This document shows positions 20,843-29,403 of a stretch of DNA of 64,000 nucleotides, in pieces. The DNA lies in the NCBI GenBank assembly GCA_963762145.1, contig CAVXJS010000008.1, forward strand, positions 64,001 through 128,000. The letters run 5' to 3'. Source of the stretch: an uncultured Candidatus Rokubacteria bacterium. GTDB taxonomy: Bacteria; Methylomirabilota; Methylomirabilia; Rokubacteriales; CSP1-6. The stretch's first letter is position 1; the number at the start of each line of letters is the position of its first letter. A model generated the notes under the pieces. The model made no database searches. It was not told the origin of the DNA and was given only the letters and a program-made list of their open reading frames with translations. Position numbers and translations under genes: made by a program.

Positions 20843-21823
20843 TCGATCACCTGGTCCGCCCGCTGCAAGAGCGACGGCGGGATCGTCAGGCCGAGGGCCT
20901 TAGCGGTCTTGAGGTTCAGCACCAGCTCGAACTTCGTGGGCTGCTCGAGCGGAAGCTCGGCGGGTTTTGCGCCGCGCAGGATGCGGTCGACGTACACCGC
21001 GGCGCGCTGAAATCGATCCAGGCGGCCGGGACCGTAAGAGAGCAGCCCCCCTTCGTCCGGAAACTGCCGTTGCTCATAGAACGCAGGCAGGCGGTGGCGC
21101 TCCGCGAGCTCGACGACCCGTCGCGAGTCGCCGTGGAGCATCGGGTCCGACACCACGATCAACGCGTCGGTACCCAGCCGGGCCATCTTGTCGAATGCCC
21201 CCGCAAGGTCTCCCCCCTTGCGGACATCTACCACATGAGCCCGTACCGACAAGGGTCTTGAGGCCGCTTCGATGGCACGAACGACCGGCGGGGTCGTGGG
21301 GTTCGCCAAGTTCGCGAGCACACCGATGATGTCCGCCTTGGGGAGGATCTCTCGAATGAGCTGAAGGCGTTTCCCACTCAGCTCCGGCGCGAAGCCCGAT
21401 ACCCCGGTTGACGTTGCCGCTCGGGCGCGCCAGGTCCGGCACCACGCCTGCACTCAGCGCATCCCCGAGCGTCTCGATGACGATAGGGATCGTACTTGTC
21501 GCCTGCATCGCTGCCTTGATGGCGGGCGCCGCGACCGCGAAGATCGCATCCGGCTTCCGGACAACCAGCTCGGTCGCCAGGGCCGGAAGCCGATCGTACC
21601 GGTTGTCGGCATACCGAAAGTCCAGAGCCAGATTCTTGCCTTCGATCCACCCGAGCTCCGATAGACGCGCACGGAATGCCTTGAACGTTTCGGCGTCTGG
21701 AACGGCGGATCCAGCGACGAGGACACCCACCCGCGCGACTCTCCCGGACGGCTGAGGCTGAGCAGCGACCGGCGCGGCGAGGAAGCTTCCGGCCACCGTT
21801 CCAAGGAAGGTACGTCGGTCCAC
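20839..21823 (-). CDS. PF04392-type ABC substrate-binding protein (frameshift ~21408)
   Basis: DRRTFLG start; LSELGWIEGKNL, LARPSGNV, GKRLQL, GGLLSYG, YVDRILRGAKP, RADQVIE; GTGA overlap with the next copy. Confidence 0.85.
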
Positions 21824-22136
21824 ACAACCCCCCGCCGGGCCGCCCGTCTAGAGGGTCCGGGGCGGAGAGAACCCAAGCTTGGCGAAGTTACACCCGCGCC
21901 GAGTGAGTCCGCTACATCTTCTTGTCGGCCATGCCTTCCGGCGGCACGGTGGGCTTCCCTAGATGCGACCCGGTGCCCCCTGCCGATCGGTAAGCAGACT
22001 CCGGCCACTCTGAACGAACGCCCCGGTACTTCTTCCGCACTTCGCACCGTCCAAGTTCCTTTAACCTCGGTTTGGTGTAGTCCGCCCGCCCGGCACGCTG
22101 CTTGCTCCTGCGCCGAAGCCCAGAGGCCTGAAAGCC

Positions 22137-22274
22137 ATGCCCAAGTGCGAGAAGTGCGGCGCACAGATGGCGACGATACTCAAGCGGGAAGGTGGGAAGA
22201 CCCAGACGGTGTACGAGTGCTTGGAGTGTAGACGAGAGGAACCAGGCAGGCCGCCCCTAGCCGGTGACGAGTAG
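22137..22274 (+). CDS. Zn-ribbon microprotein, 45 aa (not in the ORF track)
   Basis: MPKCEKCGAQMATILKREGGKTQTVYECLECRREEPGRPPLAGDE*: CxxC-x20-CxxC. Confidence 0.6.
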   Translation: MPKCEKCGAQMATILKREGGKTQTVYECLECRREEPGRPPLAGDE

Positions 22275-22285
22275 GGGGCTGTCCG

Positions 22286-22483
22286 GTGCCCGTCCTCAGC
22301 GGTGTGGTGAGTGAAGAGGGTGAAGGCTTCCTCGTGCTGGGCGGCGGAACACGGGTCAAGGTCCGGTCGAGTGTACGGCCCGCGGATCTGGTCGTCGGCG
22401 CCCGTGTGGTGGTGACCGCCCAGCTCCGAGGAGCCGAGTGGGTTGCCGAGGACGTCCGGGTTGAGGGTAGTCGGTGTCCGTGA
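22286..22483 (+). CDS. Small beta-rich hypothetical protein (OB-fold/DUF5666-like)
   Basis: 65 aa; SGVV...DLVVGARVVVTA...WVAEDVRV pattern; in tandem with its neighbours. Confidence 0.55.
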   Translation: MPVLSGVVSEEGEGFLVLGGGTRVKVRSSVRPADLVVGARVVVTAQLRGAEWVAEDVRVEGSRCP

Positions 22484-22845
22484 AGCGCCTCTTGATAGTG
22501 GATGACGACGAGAACCTCCGAGAAGTGCTCTCCGACGTTCTGAGCGAACGTGGGCGTGTGATCGATACCGCCGGCGACGGTATCGAAGCGGTAGCGATGA
22601 TCGGTCAAAATCAGTATGACCTGATCCTCAGCGATCTCAGTATGCCGGGCCTCGACGGTCCCGCCCTCTACGACGCCATTCACTCCATTGACCCTGCGAG
22701 CGCGCCTCGGGTGATCTTCATGACCGGGCACGCTGATGGTGGGGCCTACGCCGAGTTCCTCAAAGGGACAACGGAGCCGATGCTGGAGAAGCCCTTCAAT
22801 CTGGACGTTGTTCGAAACCTGGTGAACGTGCTGCTGAGGGATTAG
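22474..22845 (+). CDS. Single-domain response regulator
   Basis: LLIVDDD, DLILSDLSMPGLDG, FMTG, EKPF. Confidence 0.9.
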   Translation: MSVKRLLIVDDDENLREVLSDVLSERGRVIDTAGDGIEAVAMIGQNQYDLILSDLSMPGLDGPALYDAIHSIDPASAPRVIFMTGHADGGAYAEFLKGTTEPMLEKPFNLDVVRNLVNVLLRD

Positions 22846-22928
22846 GGGAGGGCGCGAGCGCACGGGCGCCAAGAATGCTACAGTCTCAGCCGACCCGGCC
22901 CTGATCTCCCACCACGAGGAGGATCGCC

Positions 22929-24051
22929 ATGGGACGCGCTTACAACGTCATCGACGCCGACGGCCACGTGCTCGAACCGGTGGACATCTGGGACAAGTAC
23001 ATCGATCCCGGCCTGTCGCGAGCGGGCGCCGCGGATCGTCATCGACACCGACGGCAAGGAGCGCCTCCTCGTCGAGGGGCAGGTCCTCGGCAGCCAGAAG
23101 GGCTTCGGCGTCATCGGCGCGATCGGGGCCCGGCAGGGCGAGGTAGTCCCGGAGGAGACCATGAAGTACGTGGACGGCCGGCGCGGCGGGTTCGATCCGC
23201 ACGCCCGCATCCCGGACATGGATCTGGACGGCATCGACGCCGCCTTCCTCTACCCGAGCGTCGGCCTCTTCGCGGGCGCGGTGCGGGAGCCGGGGCTCGC
23301 GGCCGGGATGTGCCGCGCCTACAATCGCTGGCTCGCGGACTACTGCCAGCCCTATCCCGACCGGCTGTTCGGGGTGGCGATGCTGCCGATGCAGTCGATC
23401 GACCTGGCGATCCAGGAGATGCGCTACGCGCGGAAGGAGCTGGGCATGCGCGCCGGCTTCCTCCGGCCCAACCCCTACAACGGCAAGATGCTGCACCACC
23501 CGGACTACGCCCCGTTCTGGGAGGAGGTCCAGGAGCTGGACATGGCGATCGGGATCCACGAGGGCGCGAGCGGCGGCATGCCCCAGGTCGGCGTGGACCG
23601 CTTCGAGACGCGCGGGGCCCGGCACATCATCTCGCACACGATGGAGATGATGCTGGCCGCGATGAGCGTGATCTGGAGCGGGGTATGCGACCGCTACCCA
23701 CGCGTGCGGATCGGCTTCATGGAGTCGGGCGGCGGGTGGATCGCGCCGTGGCTCGATCGGATGGATCGCCACTTCGACGACCAGGGCTTCAACGACTCGG
23801 GCCTCTCCATGCGGCCGACCGAGCTGTTCCGGCGCAACTGCTGGATCTCGTTCGAGCCGGTCGAGGGCTGCCTGAGCGCCCTGGCCGACTACATCGGCCC
23901 GCACAAGATCCTGTGGGCCACCGACTACCCGCATCCCGACGGCTTCTTCCCCGGCGCCCCGCAGCTCATCGCGAACCGGCCCGAGCTGTCGGACGCGACG
24001 AAGCGCGAGATCCTGGGCGGGGGCGCCCGGCGCTTCTACGGTCTGACGTAG
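22929..24051 (+). CDS. Amidohydrolase_2 family protein (frameshift ~23012)
   Basis: IDADGHVLEP, RAYNRWLADYC, IGIHE, FMESGGGW, LWATDYPHPD; RBS GAGGAGG. Confidence 0.88.
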
Positions 24052-24057
24052 CCGCCC

Positions 24058-25266
24058 GTGACCGACCGGGCGCTGACCGGCCTCCGCATCCTCGACCTCA
24101 CCCAGTTCGAGGCGGGCACCTCCTGCACCCAGCTCCTGGGCTGGCTGGGCGCCGACGTCATCAAGATCGAGCCGCCCGGCGGCGAGCAGTCGCGCCGGAA
24201 CCGGCCGGAGGTGCCGGGGCTCGACGCGATGTTCTTCCTGCTCTTCAACTCCAACAAGCGCAGCGTCACCATCGATCTCAAGAAGCCGGAAGGCCACGCG
24301 CTGTTCCTCCAGCTGGCCGAGCGGGCGGACGTGGTGGTCGAGAACTTCGCCCCCGGCCTGATGGAGCGGCTCGGGCTCGACTGGGAGCGCCTGCGCGCGG
24401 TGAATCCGCGCATCATCCTCGCGCGCCTCAAAGGCTTCGGCCTCTCGGGCCCGTATCACGAGTTCAAGAGCTTCGACATGATCGCCCAGGCGATGGGCGG
24501 CGTGATGAGCGTCACCGGCTTCCCGGACCGCGAGCCCGTGCTCTGCGGCGCCAACATCGGCGACAGCGGCGCCGGCGTGCACATGGCGGCCGGCATCATG
24601 GCCGCGGTCATCGAGCGGCAGCGGACGGGCCGGGGCCAGACGGTGGAGGTCTCCATGCAGGAGGCGGTGGCGAATCTCATCCGCCAGCGCTACGTGGTCC
24701 ACTACCGCGACGGCAAGCCCACGCCCCGCCGGGGCAACGGCGCGCCGCCGGGCGCGGTGCCCGACGGGCTCTACGCGTGCGCGCCGGGCGGCCCCAACGA
24801 CTACGTCTACATCTACGTGCAGCCGATGAACCAGGGCATGTGGCAGGACTTCGCCCGCGCGATCGGGCGCGAGGACCTGCTCGCCGACCCGCGCTGCGTC
24901 GACGCGGCTACCAGATGGGCTCATCGGGACGCGCTCAACGGCATCGCGCGGGCCTGGACGGGCGCGCGCTCCAAGCAGGAGGTGCTCGAGACGCTCGGCA
25001 AGGCGGGCGTGCCGTGCGGCGCGATCCTGGACACGCAGGAGGTGCTGGACGACCCGCACATGAACGCGCGCGGCGCCGTCCTGACGATCGATCATCCGAC
25101 GCGCGGCCGGTTCCGGGTGCCCGGCTGCCCGATCCGCCTGTCATCCTCCGAGCCGGTGACGACGCCGCCGCCGCTGGCGGGCCAGCACACCGACGAGGTC
25201 CTGGCCGAGGTGCTGGGCCTGTCGCCCCAGGCGGTGGCGGATCTGCGGGCACGCGCCGCGATCTGA
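24058..25266 (+). CDS. Family III CoA-transferase (formyl-CoA transferase-like)
   Basis: [48 protein letters not shown]. Confidence 0.9.
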   Translation: MTDRALTGLRILDLTQFEAGTSCTQLLGWLGADVIKIEPPGGEQSRRNRPEVPGLDAMFFLLFNSNKRSVTIDLKKPEGHALFLQLAERADVVVENFAPGLMERLGLDWERLRAVNPRIILARLKGFGLSGPYHEFKSFDMIAQAMGGVMSVTGFPDREPVLCGANIGDSGAGVHMAAGIMAAVIERQRTGRGQTVEVSMQEAVANLIRQRYVVHYRDGKPTPRRGNGAPPGAVPDGLYACAPGGPNDYVYIYVQPMNQGMWQDFARAIGREDLLADPRCVDAATRWAHRDALNGIARAWTGARSKQEVLETLGKAGVPCGAILDTQEVLDDPHMNARGAVLTIDHPTRGRFRVPGCPIRLSSSEPVTTPPPLAGQHTDEVLAEVLGLSPQAVADLRARAAI

Positions 25267-25269
25267 CGC

Positions 25270-25962
25270 GTGCTCTTCGGTCACTCCGCCGCCCTCTGGC
25301 AGCAGTTCCCCCAGCTCGTCCCCGGCGTGCTCGTCGTGGCGGACGTGCGCCCCGACGTGGACGTGCCGCTCGAGCCGTGGCACGCCCGCGCCCGCGAGCG
25401 GCTCGCCCGCGGCCCGGAGTCCGAGCTGGCCGAGGTGTCGGCGTGGCGGCGCGCCTACACGCAGATGGGGCTCAAGCCCACGCAGTACCGGTCCGCGGCC
25501 GAGGCGCTGCTGCGCCGCTTCCGCCGCGAGGGCGATCTGCCGCGGCTGCATCCCCTGGTCGATCTCTGCAACGCGGTCTCGCTCGCCTTCGCCCTGCCGG
25601 TGGCGGTGTTCGACCTGGCCGGGGTCGACTCGCGGCTGGAGGTCCGGCACGCGGTGGGCGGTGAGGAGCACACCGGCTTCGGCGGCGAGACCGAGCGCGC
25701 GGAGCCGGGCGAGGTGATCTTCGTGGACGCGGCCGATCACGCGCACGCGCGGCGGTGGACGTTCCGGCAGAGCCGCCGCTCGACGGTGTCGCCCGGGACG
25801 CGCGACGTGCTGATCGTCGCCGAGGGACTCCACCCCGCGGCCTCGACGGACGTGCCCGCCCTGATCGACGCGCTCGCCACCCACGTCGGCGGGCTGTGGG
25901 GCGCTCCTCGCCAGCGCGCGGTGCTGACCGCCGCGGCGCCGCGGCTCGAGTTCGCGGCCTGA
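25270..25962 (+). CDS. Free-standing B3/B4 (PheRS-beta editing-like) domain protein
   Basis: WRRAYTQMGLKPTQYRSAAEALLRR, LVDLCNAVSL, RRWTFRQS. Confidence 0.85.
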   Translation: MLFGHSAALWQQFPQLVPGVLVVADVRPDVDVPLEPWHARARERLARGPESELAEVSAWRRAYTQMGLKPTQYRSAAEALLRRFRREGDLPRLHPLVDLCNAVSLAFALPVAVFDLAGVDSRLEVRHAVGGEEHTGFGGETERAEPGEVIFVDAADHAHARRWTFRQSRRSTVSPGTRDVLIVAEGLHPAASTDVPALIDALATHVGGLWGAPRQRAVLTAAAPRLEFAA

Positions 25963-26651
25963 GCGCCCCGCCGCCGGCCGGGCCCAGCGTCCGCTCCATC
26001 GTCGCGCTCTCCCTGCCCGCCGCGGCGGCGGTCCTGGTGTTCGGCAGTCTCTACGGCGCGGCGGCGCGCGGATACCTCGGCGTTCCGCTCACGCTCGCTT
26101 CGTCGCTCCTCGTCTACTCGGGCGCGCTCCAGTTCGCGATCGTGGCCCTGCTCGGCGCGGGCGCCACCACGCTGCCGCTCCTGCTGACCGCGGGCGTGCT
26201 CAATCTCCGCCACCTGGTGCTCGGCGCCGCGCTGCGATCGCGTTTCGAGAGCGGCCCGCTGCGACGGACGCTGCTGGCCTTCTTCCTGGCGGACGAGACC
26301 TTCGGGTTCGCCATCGCGGCCGGCAACGCGGCCGAGCCGCGGGCGGTCGGCGCGGCCACCGAGCGCACGCTGCTCTACTCCGGGCTGACGCTCTATGTCG
26401 CGTGGTTCGTCGGCACGGTCGTCGGGGTGCTGTTCGGCGGGCTCGCGGCGGTCGAAGGGCTGGCGGGCGCGCTCTTCCCCGTCCTCTTCATCGGCCTGGC
26501 CGCGCTCGCGGCGACCCGGCGCTCTCACGTGGTGCGCGCCCTCGCCGCAGCTCTCCTGACCGCCGCGGTCGCCCTCCTGCTGCCCGACCTGCGCATGCTC
26601 GCGCCGGTCGTCGCGGGCGTGGTGGTGGCCCTGCCGGGGGGCGACCGGTGA
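25959..26651 (+). CDS. azlC: AzlC-family amino-acid exporter (start uncertain)
   Basis: SLLVYSGALQF, LNLRHL, FFLADETFG, YVAWFVGT. Confidence 0.8.
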   Translation: MSAPPPAGPSVRSIVALSLPAAAAVLVFGSLYGAAARGYLGVPLTLASSLLVYSGALQFAIVALLGAGATTLPLLLTAGVLNLRHLVLGAALRSRFESGPLRRTLLAFFLADETFGFAIAAGNAAEPRAVGAATERTLLYSGLTLYVAWFVGTVVGVLFGGLAAVEGLAGALFPVLFIGLAALAATRRSHVVRALAAALLTAAVALLLPDLRMLAPVVAGVVVALPGGDR

Positions 26652-26941
26652 GCCCGCTGGTCCTCGGCGCGCTCGCGGTGATCACGTACGTCAGCCGCGC
26701 CGTCCCGGTGGTGCTGCTCCCGCGCCCCAGCCCCCGCGTCGAGACGATCCTGTCGCGCATCCCCGCCCCGATCTTCGCGAGCCTCGCGACCGCCACGCTC
26801 CTCGGCGACGGCGGCACGCTCGTGAGCGGCCCGACGCTGGCCGCCGCGGCGGGCGCGCTCCTGCTCAGCCCCGCCCGGTCGCTGCTGCCGTGCCTGATCG
26901 GCGGCGCCGTCGGCTACGCGGCCGCCGTCTGGCTGGGCTGA
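26648..26941 (+). CDS. azlD: AzlD-family exporter small subunit
   Basis: GTGA overlap with azlC; ITYVSRAVP, IPAPIFASL; hydrophobic 97 aa. Confidence 0.75.
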   Translation: MSPLVLGALAVITYVSRAVPVVLLPRPSPRVETILSRIPAPIFASLATATLLGDGGTLVSGPTLAAAAGALLLSPARSLLPCLIGGAVGYAAAVWLG

Positions 26942-26950
26942 CGCGCGCCC

Positions 26951-27457
26951 TCAGCGCTTCGCCGGCCACGCCCCCATGACCTGCCGGAGGATCGCCAGCT
27001 CGCCGATGTGATAGGTGTTGTGCTCGGAGACGATCAGCAGCTCGCGGATAAGGGTGTGTTTGGGCGCGTACGGCAACGGCGCGCCGAGGGCCACGCGCGG
27101 ATCGGCCGCGATCTTCTCGAGGGCGGCGCGGTCCTTCCGGAACTCGGCGATCGTCTTCTTCCAGGCCTTCGCGTCCGCCCGGGCGTCCGCCGCGGGCCAG
27201 TAGTCGGCGGGCCAGCTCGGGTGGTGGTAGTCCTCGTCCTGGATGTACTCCAGGATGTCGCGCTGGGCGATGCGCATGTGCTCGAGCAGGTGCCACGGGG
27301 TGTACGTCACGTTCGGCGGGCGGGTATTGATGTGCTTCATCGGGAAGTCGGCCACCACGTCGTCGAAGGTCATGTACGACGGGCCGTGAACCAGGTTCTG
27401 TACCTCGGCGCGCACCGCGTCTTTCTTCATCGGGCTCCTCGTCGGGGGGCTTTTCAC
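26951..27457 (-). CDS. DinB-family protein (start may be ATG at 27430)
   Basis: WHLLEHMRIAQRDILEY and EHNTYHIGEL His motifs. Confidence 0.85.
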   Translation of the reverse strand: MKSPPTRSPMKKDAVRAEVQNLVHGPSYMTFDDVVADFPMKHINTRPPNVTYTPWHLLEHMRIAQRDILEYIQDEDYHHPSWPADYWPAADARADAKAWKKTIAEFRKDRAALEKIAADPRVALGAPLPYAPKHTLIRELLIVSEHNTYHIGELAILRQVMGAWPAKR

Positions 27458-27759
27458 GGAGACCAGGTCGGCCAGGTCGGGACGGGCGGGAAAGTCTTCA
27501 GCGCCTCCTTGAACGCGGTCCAGAGGAACAGGCTCCGCCCCATGCCGGGACCGATCAGGTGCCCCTCGGAGATCCCGAGCTCTCTCCGGGCCACCCTCGA
27601 CGCTTCCCGGAGGTCCTCGACCGCGCTGAAGGTGCCATCGGCCTGCCGGCGGCTGAGGATGGGGGTCGGTCCCGGCGGCGCCGTCGAGAAGCCGAGCAGG
27701 TACTCGGCCCCATCACTGGCCTCGAAGAGAATGCCCTTCACGGTTCCCTGTCCTTTCAT
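27454..27759 (-). CDS. Hypothetical protein
   Basis: 101 aa; GAGGAGG-like RBS upstream; overlaps the DinB start. Confidence 0.6.
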   Translation of the reverse strand: MKGQGTVKGILFEASDGAEYLLGFSTAPPGPTPILSRRQADGTFSAVEDLREASRVARRELGISEGHLIGPGMGRSLFLWTAFKEALKTFPPVPTWPTWSP

Positions 27760-27801
27760 CGCGCCCCTCCTCGAGAAAAGACTACGCGGGTCACGCCGCG
27801 G

Positions 27802-27845
27802 TTGACAAGGTTGGCTCCAGGTCTAGACTCGATCACCAAGGAGGT
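27802..27845 (+). promoter_or_regulatory. sigma70-type promoter plus RBS
   Basis: TTGACA(27802)-16 bp-TAGACT(27824); AAGGAGGT at 27838. Confidence 0.65.
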
Positions 27846-27854
27846 CACCGCCCC

Positions 27855-29315
27855 ATGACGAACGGGAACCCCCACGCCTTCCACGTCCGCCCCGACATGC
27901 GCCAGGGCCTGGCTTCCGAGACGCCCCTGCCGACGCGGCTCGTCTCGAACGAAGAGTTCCCGCCGCTGCCCCAGACCGCCGCCCAGCGCCGGGTCGAGGA
28001 CCGCATTCTCGCCGACGCGGCACGCCTGGCCCCGCGGCTCGGGCTGAGCCGGCGCCAGTTCCTGCGCACGAGCGGCGGGATGGCCACCTCGCTCCTGGCC
28101 ATGAACGCGGTGTTCGGGCGCTTCTTCGACGTGCTCCCGGTCGAGGCCGCCGAGCCCTCCGCGTTCAAGGCGCGCGCGGGCGACGCGTTCTTCATCTTCG
28201 ACGTGCAGCTCCACTACGTCGGCGCGGGCTACGACCCGGCCAACGAGGAGGCCGCGCGCCGCGGCGTGTCCAAGACGGCGCTGCTCGGCCTCCGCCAGAA
28301 CTCGCGGCGGCTCAATCCGAAGCTGGCCTCGGATCAGGGCACGCTCGCCGATCTCGCGTGGGCCAACATGGTCAAGGAAGTCTTCCTCGACAGCGAGACC
28401 GACATCGGGCTGATCTCGACGCCGCCCGGCCCGTACCCGCAGGAGGCGGTCGTGCCGCCCAAGGAGATGACCCACATCCGCGACGAGATCAACCGGGTCA
28501 CCCAGTCACGCCGGATGCTGGCCCACGGGCTCATCACGCCGCAGCTCGGGCAGGTCGATCTCGACTTCATGGATCAGCAGGCGGCCACCTTGAAGGTGGA
28601 CGCCTGGAAGGGCTACACCGGCGCCGCGCCGAAGGGCTTCGACCGCGGCTGGTTCGTGGACGACGAGAAGATCGCCTACCCGATGCTCGAGCGGGCGCGC
28701 AAGCTGGGGATCAAGCGCATCTGCCTGCACAAGGGGCTGCCGCTGGGGCCGGTCGCCGATTACAACCACCCGCGCGACGTGATCAAGGCCGCGCGCGACT
28801 TCCCCGATCTCGGCTTCGTGCTCTACCACGCCGGGCTGCTGACCGTGCCGCGCACCCAGTCGGCCGACGTGCCGTGGACCACCGAGTTCTGTCAGATGAA
28901 GAAGAAGGAGCCCGCGCTCACCAACATCTACATGGAGCTGGGCTCCACCTTCGGTCAGCTCGCCACCACGAACCCGACCGCGTGCGCGCATCTCCTTGGC
29001 CAGGTCATCGACGCCTTCGGCGCCGACCACGTGCTCTGGGGCACCGACTCGATCTGGTATGGGTCGCCCCAGTGGCAGATCGAAGCCTTCCGCCGCTTCG
29101 AGATCCCGTCGGCACTGGTGAGCGCCCACGGGTACAAGCCGCTGACCCGCCAGGTCAAGGAGCAGATCTTCGGCCTCAACGCCGCGCGCCTCTTCAGCGT
29201 CGACGCCAACGCCAAGCGCAACGAGATCCCGAAGGACTACCTCGCCCAGATCAAGATGAGCTACCTCGACGAAGGCCCGAGCCCCAGCAACCGCTTCTAC
29301 GGCTGGGTCGCCTGA
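27855..29315 (+). CDS. Amidohydrolase family protein with internal Tat-like motif
   Basis: FDVQLHYV, CLHKG, LYHAG, LWGTDSIWYGSPQWQIEAFRR; LSRRQFLRT near residue 65. Confidence 0.85.
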   Translation: MTNGNPHAFHVRPDMRQGLASETPLPTRLVSNEEFPPLPQTAAQRRVEDRILADAARLAPRLGLSRRQFLRTSGGMATSLLAMNAVFGRFFDVLPVEAAEPSAFKARAGDAFFIFDVQLHYVGAGYDPANEEAARRGVSKTALLGLRQNSRRLNPKLASDQGTLADLAWANMVKEVFLDSETDIGLISTPPGPYPQEAVVPPKEMTHIRDEINRVTQSRRMLAHGLITPQLGQVDLDFMDQQAATLKVDAWKGYTGAAPKGFDRGWFVDDEKIAYPMLERARKLGIKRICLHKGLPLGPVADYNHPRDVIKAARDFPDLGFVLYHAGLLTVPRTQSADVPWTTEFCQMKKKEPALTNIYMELGSTFGQLATTNPTACAHLLGQVIDAFGADHVLWGTDSIWYGSPQWQIEAFRRFEIPSALVSAHGYKPLTRQVKEQIFGLNAARLFSVDANAKRNEIPKDYLAQIKMSYLDEGPSPSNRFYGWVA

Positions 29316-29317
29316 AA

Positions 29318-29400
29318 GGGGTCAGGTCTTACATTCCGACATTTTCGCGACCGATGCTGGACTGGCGAGCTAGAAATGTCGGAATGTAAGACCTGACCCC
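29318..29400. repeat. Perfect 27-bp inverted-repeat element (REPIN/MITE-like)
   Basis: GGGGTCAGGTCTTACATTCCGACATTT (29318-29344) and its exact reverse complement (29374-29400), 29-bp spacer, between convergent genes. Confidence 0.85.
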
Positions 29401-29403
29401 AAG

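Noticed and set aside
17582-21010. Repeated plus-strand ORFs with '[14 protein letters not shown]' motifs
   Set aside because: Antisense shadows of the conserved PF04392 3' ends.
21912-22085. Minus-strand frame containing YTKPRLKELG, resembling the lasso-peptide leader motif YxxPxLxxxG
   Set aside because: No start codon upstream of the motif in frame, no Thr at the expected position, and no RRE, peptidase or cyclase genes in the window.
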